Below, piece by piece: positions 17,709 through 21,532 of a stretch of 21,532 nucleotides of DNA. Made by a program: the position numbers and the translations under genes. Position 1 is the stretch's first letter, and each line of letters opens with the position of its first letter. The notes under the pieces were generated by a model, which saw only the letters and a list, made by a program, of their open reading frames with translations, had not been told where the DNA came from and ran no database searches. This stretch comes from Desulfurococcaceae archaeon (GTDB lineage: Archaea > Thermoproteota > Thermoprotei_A > Sulfolobales > Desulfurococcaceae), in NCBI GenBank assembly GCA_038824035.1, contig JAWBBW010000021.1:1-21532 (forward strand), read 5' to 3'.

Positions 17709-18053
17709 GTGTCGATCTCTAAACTAGAGGAGTTGAGAAAAGAACTACTCGAACTTGTAAATAAAACACCTGAACTCCAGTCCTTTATAGAGTATATTGA
17801 GAAAGCTGAGTCACCGAAAACTCTTGACAGGAAAACCAAGGAATTGATGTCACTGGCCATAGGGATAGCTATAAGATGTGAACCCTGTATCCTATGGCAT
17901 GCCGCCGAGGCCATTAAAGCCGGTGCCTCAATGGATGAGATACTTGACACGATAAAAGTAGCCGTATGCATGGGTGGGGGGCCAGCGCTCGCTTACAGTG
18001 TGAAGGCGTATGAATTAGTTAAAGAACTTTACACGTCTCTCAAACAACAGTGA
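17709..18053 (+). CDS. Carboxymuconolactone decarboxylase / AhpD-like protein
   Basis: LD.KTKEL.SLA......CEPC...H...A...GA...EI......A..MGGGPA motif with CxxC; TTATAAA at 17651-17657 upstream. Confidence 0.9.
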   Translation: MSISKLEELRKELLELVNKTPELQSFIEYIEKAESPKTLDRKTKELMSLAIGIAIRCEPCILWHAAEAIKAGASMDEILDTIKVAVCMGGGPALAYSVKAYELVKELYTSLKQQ

Positions 18054-18603
18054 TTCCATAAATCACGCATATTTTTTCCCCGAAACAACTCCATTGCCTC
18101 GCCACGATTACAACGCGACATGAAGCATGTGATGAAGAGACTTGAAAAGCCTGAAGCCCACAGAAAGGTGACAGATTTGTAAAGAAATCATCGAGGTGCG
18201 AAGAGCTTGTTAAAGTGTTTGATAGGCTCACATGGAGTCTAAGAATTATGTCATGGTTTTTAATAGGCTTGAGGACGAGGGATCGCAAGCCGTGGAGTGA
18301 TCACAACGTAGTGGGGATGAATGATTTCAAAGAGAAATAACTGGGTGGAATAGACATGATCCTGGAATTATTAAATTATCGAGGAGTAGACAGAAGTGTT
18401 TTTGAAATGCCGAGGAAAAAGGATTTATTAATCGTAAAGGCTGTTTCTAAGTTGCACAGAGAGTTATCGGCTACGGGGATTTAGGAACAGGGGCATCAAT
18501 CATAGCTCTGTTTACATAAATGGGAAAACATTGCAATGTAAAATAAATAAAAATAAATAGAGATTAAAGTATATACCGTGAAACTTGTAAATACTTGATT
18601 GAG

Positions 18604-19266
18604 CTAGACAATCCATTTCTCCATTTTATAGGACATATCCCAGAACATGTATTCAAACCTACTTGCCGTTATGAATAAATACCTAGCTGTTTTACGGTCA
18701 ACTCTGTGAGAATTATCATCGATCACTTTTCTCAATCTCTCTACCAGGTCACGGTATTCCTTGGATAAATACACTTGTGCCCATTGCACGTATAGATCGT
18801 TTCTATTGTTCGCTAGCTTGTCTCTATGTTTCTCGGCGATCTCCATGTAACTCCAGAAACACGGAAGCAATGAGATGAGGGCCTCAATGGGGTTTGCGAG
18901 AGCACATGTTGATAATAGGAAACTCATATAGGCCACGTTCGTCGGAGCTGGCTCTATCTCCAAGACATCCCTTAGACGCAGCCCGATTTTCTCCAGTATT
19001 TTCTCGTAATTGGACATCTCGGTTATGGCATCTAGATAAGCTAGCTCTAGTGCTATACGAGAGATCTCGTACTCCGACTTAGCCGATATCAACGAGAAAC
19101 ACTTCGCCATGGTTACAAGGTAATTGTAATCCTGTATCAAGTAATATATAAACTTCTCAATTGGCAACACACCGGTATATAACTCGATTACAAAGGGATG
19201 TTCAAAGATCATTTTCCAGATATCGTCAGCCTCTCTTCTCAACTCAAGGGTTAAACCCAACGCCAC
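18604..19266 (-). CDS. tenA: Thiaminase II / aminopyrimidine aminohydrolase (TenA_C type)
   Basis: HPF...L..G.L...F..YL.QDY.YL, PT..AY, LLPC.WSY (catalytic Cys), Y..W...Y and E..FWDM motifs. Confidence 0.93.
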   Translation of the reverse strand: MALGLTLELRREADDIWKMIFEHPFVIELYTGVLPIEKFIYYLIQDYNYLVTMAKCFSLISAKSEYEISRIALELAYLDAITEMSNYEKILEKIGLRLRDVLEIEPAPTNVAYMSFLLSTCALANPIEALISLLPCFWSYMEIAEKHRDKLANNRNDLYVQWAQVYLSKEYRDLVERLRKVIDDNSHRVDRKTARYLFITASRFEYMFWDMSYKMEKWIV

Positions 19267-19484
19267 CCCCCAATTACCAAGTAATGACTTGAATTGATAT
19301 TTTTAAATTTGGCGATGTCGTGTTTAATACTCCCCTTTTTCTTGGGGTTCAAGCCCCTTGATTACACGGCCTCGTGGTTTGAACAAGCATAATGATTGCT
19401 CTTCACGATACGTATTTAACCCCATCCCCATGTAATTTGTTCCAAGACATTGCATGGTTATAACTAATTACGTAATATAACCCA

Positions 19485-20213
19485 GTGATCGATATGTTGA
19501 AGGCTGTCTTGCTGGATCTATGGAATACTTTGATTTACGGAGAACCTGAGCCAATAGAGTCATCATATACCTCGCTGAGATTGAAAGCCCTGTGGAGAGT
19601 ATTCAATAGTGTGGGGAGAGTGGAGTATAATGAATTGGTGAAAATATACAACAAGTTATATCGTTACCGGGGTTTCCTACCACCTCGTTCATTCATTAAA
19701 ATGCTCGCGATGTTCCTAAATCTCGATGTAGATGAAGACTTCGTGGACAAGGTAATAGAAATATATGAATCGGCAACATCGAGTTATATCCCTAAACCAA
19801 TGCCGGGTACAAAGGAGTTGTTGGAGTATGTGAAGAAAAATGGATTAAAAACCATCATTGTCTCTAATACCTCGTTTACCTCCAGGTCTGTGAAAGAGGT
19901 GCTTGACAACATAGGCCTAGGCTCTTATGTGGATCATGTCGTATCCTCCTGTGAAATAGGTGTTCAAAAACCACATCCATTGATATTCCAAACAGCACTC
20001 AAATTGGCTAATGCCGAGCCCGAGGAGGCGATACACGTAGGGGATTCATGTATAAATGATGCAATCGGGGCTTTATTAATCGGTATAAACCCGGTCTTAG
20101 TCTCTAGGGATAGGGAATCAGTCGAGATCTGTAGTAAATTTTCACGAGTAGTTATAGTAAGGGATCTCGAGGAAGTTATCCATGTAATAAAACGGTTAAT
20201 TGTCAATCAATGA
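19485..20213 (+). CDS. HAD-superfamily hydrolase, subfamily IA
   Basis: Motif I DLWNTL, motif II VSN, motif III KP.P.IF, motif IV HVGDS..ND..GA. The start may be ATG 19494. Confidence 0.9.
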   Translation: MIDMLKAVLLDLWNTLIYGEPEPIESSYTSLRLKALWRVFNSVGRVEYNELVKIYNKLYRYRGFLPPRSFIKMLAMFLNLDVDEDFVDKVIEIYESATSSYIPKPMPGTKELLEYVKKNGLKTIIVSNTSFTSRSVKEVLDNIGLGSYVDHVVSSCEIGVQKPHPLIFQTALKLANAEPEEAIHVGDSCINDAIGALLIGINPVLVSRDRESVEICSKFSRVVIVRDLEEVIHVIKRLIVNQ

Positions 20214-20250
20214 GAGTGAAAACTATGTATAGGTTTTAATTAAAGCCTAA

Positions 20251-21360
20251 TTAAATAGGGCAGTAAGAAAACCTGTAGTTGTATGGGCAAAACGAGCAAT
20301 TAGGTGTATTACCCCAGCAATCGGTCTCCGTGCTCAGTGTGTAACTACAGTATCTACGTAATTCGCAGTCAAGGCAAGATGGCATATAATTGAATGATAA
20401 CTTAAAGATCATGTTACTTTGTCGTCTCCATATCTCGGATAAGTTTTCCTCGAGCGCATTGCCTATTATGAATTCCCTGATGGATCTCCTGGTATCCTCA
20501 ATTAATACATCCCAGTTATATGCAAGAAACATACAAGGCGAAACCTTGCCATCCACCCTTATATATAAAGCCCGGTTACTTACAAATGGGCATTCCCTTG
20601 ATGTATATGACTCTATGTTAGGTAGCCATATCCTTAGAGGAGAGTTCATCAACTTTATGCTTAGTCTCTCCAAGTTGTTTCTAAGCCCGGAGAGACATTC
20701 ATCATTTCTTATACAATCTACACCATGAACTCCTCTCGGATGATGTATGTATAGGCTTAGATATATCTCTTGAATACCTATATTCATGGAATATTCTACG
20801 AGTTTATCCAATTGATCCTGGTTGAATTTTGTAAGAGTGAATATGGTTTTAACAACAGGTTTTCTAGAGGCTTCACGTTGCTTCAGATCCGTTATTCTAG
20901 CAATGCTCTTTGAGACAGATGAGAGATCTCCGAGCCTTCTTATCTTACCATATAACTCCATGTCAACGGCGTCTATGCTCACGTAGAGCTCGTCAAGCCC
21001 TATTTTGACTAATTCCTCGGCGAGATCTATGAGCATGGTTCCATTGGTGTTTAATACAACATATAGATTCTTGGATTTAACATACCGTATCATATCAAGT
21101 ATCCTTGGATTTGCCATGGGTTCGCCCCATCCACTAAACACTAATTTCTTGACACCACTATTGATGGCGTTATTGACGATCTTTACGAAATCACTAAGTG
21201 GCATGTCCTTGTACATAAATCCATGTGCAGATTGTCTAAAACAATGTACGCATTCTAGATTACAACGAGTTGAAACCTCGATGACTACTTCATGTGGATG
21301 TGAATTTTCACTTAAATGTATTATCCAGTCACTTATCTTCAGCGCTCTCAATAAAGACAC
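20251..21360 (-). CDS. Radical SAM/SPASM protein, probable tungsten-cofactor oxidoreductase maturase
   Basis: CNLECVHC radical SAM motif, SGWGEP, TNG; C-terminal CPF...DG.VSPC and PSCLDC....C.........DCWGN.P.C..CPY cysteine array; directly downstream of an AOR-family gene. Confidence 0.85.
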   Translation of the reverse strand: MSLLRALKISDWIIHLSENSHPHEVVIEVSTRCNLECVHCFRQSAHGFMYKDMPLSDFVKIVNNAINSGVKKLVFSGWGEPMANPRILDMIRYVKSKNLYVVLNTNGTMLIDLAEELVKIGLDELYVSIDAVDMELYGKIRRLGDLSSVSKSIARITDLKQREASRKPVVKTIFTLTKFNQDQLDKLVEYSMNIGIQEIYLSLYIHHPRGVHGVDCIRNDECLSGLRNNLERLSIKLMNSPLRIWLPNIESYTSRECPFVSNRALYIRVDGKVSPCMFLAYNWDVLIEDTRRSIREFIIGNALEENLSEIWRRQSNMIFKLSFNYMPSCLDCELRRYCSYTLSTETDCWGNTPNCSFCPYNYRFSYCPI

Positions 21361-21429
21361 CTCTCTTGGATAAACAATGATATGAGGGTAAAAAGGGATG
21401 GGAAAAACAATTATAGTTAAAGGGGTTAT

Positions 21430-21532
21430 CTATATAAGTCCCTCTTCCTCCAACTTATCGGCCAACCACTTCAGATCTAGCTCTTCGAGCTTGGCCCTTG
21501 TTGGCCTACCCCTTACCCATCCACGAGCTTTA
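21430..21532 (-). CDS. C-terminal end of an aldehyde:ferredoxin oxidoreductase (AOR/FOR) family tungstoenzyme; partial
   Basis: Hand translation: KARGWVRGRPTRAKLEELDLKWLADKLEEEGLI-stop (TAG at 21430-21432), matching the RGW..G.PT..KL.EL.L C-terminal signature of the family. Only 33 aa are visible. Confidence 0.75.
   Translation of the reverse strand, partial: KARGWVRGRPTRAKLEELDLKWLADKLEEEGLI

Noticed and set aside
18190-18300. LVKVFDRLTWSL, followed after a frameshift by NYVMVFNRLEDEG, faintly like the serine-recombinase DRLxR motif
   Set aside because: The key Arg is missing, a frameshift has to be assumed and no Y-x-R-x-S motif is visible; too weak to call a mobile element.
19344-19357. 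GGGGTTCAAGCCCC, resembling a tRNA T-arm or an attR copy of the tRNA-Arg 3' end
   Set aside because: It differs from the tRNA-Arg sequence (GGGGTTCGAATCCCCGCGGGCCC), has no acceptor-stem continuation or other cloverleaf arms, and no integrase is nearby.
19267-19484. Possible TPP riboswitch upstream of tenA
   Set aside because: No CTGAGA or related TPP-aptamer core is visible on the minus strand.
1-21532. CRISPR array, IS element or rRNA
   Set aside because: No regularly spaced direct repeats, transposase or cas motifs, terminal inverted repeats or rRNA-like sequence were seen by eye.

Overview
Archaeal chromosomal window, most likely a hyperthermophilic crenarchaeote of the Desulfurococcaceae type (inferred from GGTG/GGGTG ribosome-binding motifs, TATA-like boxes, a GC-rich CCA-less tRNA and gene content). 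From left to right it holds: (1) an uncharacterised catabolic cluster (DUF917-type protein cut by the window edge, hydantoin/Asp-Glu racemase, DUF1177-type protein, divergent OPT transporter) and an L-fucose/arabinose isomerase-family gene; (2) feoAB with a 22-bp palindromic operator candidate, then tRNA-Arg(CCT); (3) an accessory-looking stretch with a membrane-anchored Zn-phospholipase C/P1-nuclease-like gene and a three-gene minus-strand operon; (4) EamA, small membrane proteins, a repeat-containing surface protein, a DtxR-family regulator, a CMD/AhpD protein, TenA, a HAD hydrolase, a radical SAM/SPASM maturase and the 3' end of an aldehyde:ferredoxin oxidoreductase-family gene. The three-gene operon (194-aa secreted protein, SipW-type signal peptidase with a long C-terminal extension, 686-aa membrane protein) is the most interesting part. 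It looks like a TasA/archaeal-bundling-pilus-type filament system. The 686-aa protein carries an internal copy of the pilin's cleavage site and N-terminal strand, a pilin domain split by a lectin-like insert, and a second 'VYYP' strand at its C-terminus, which suggests a self-capping tip adhesin. All family assignments come from motif recognition by eye, not database searches.
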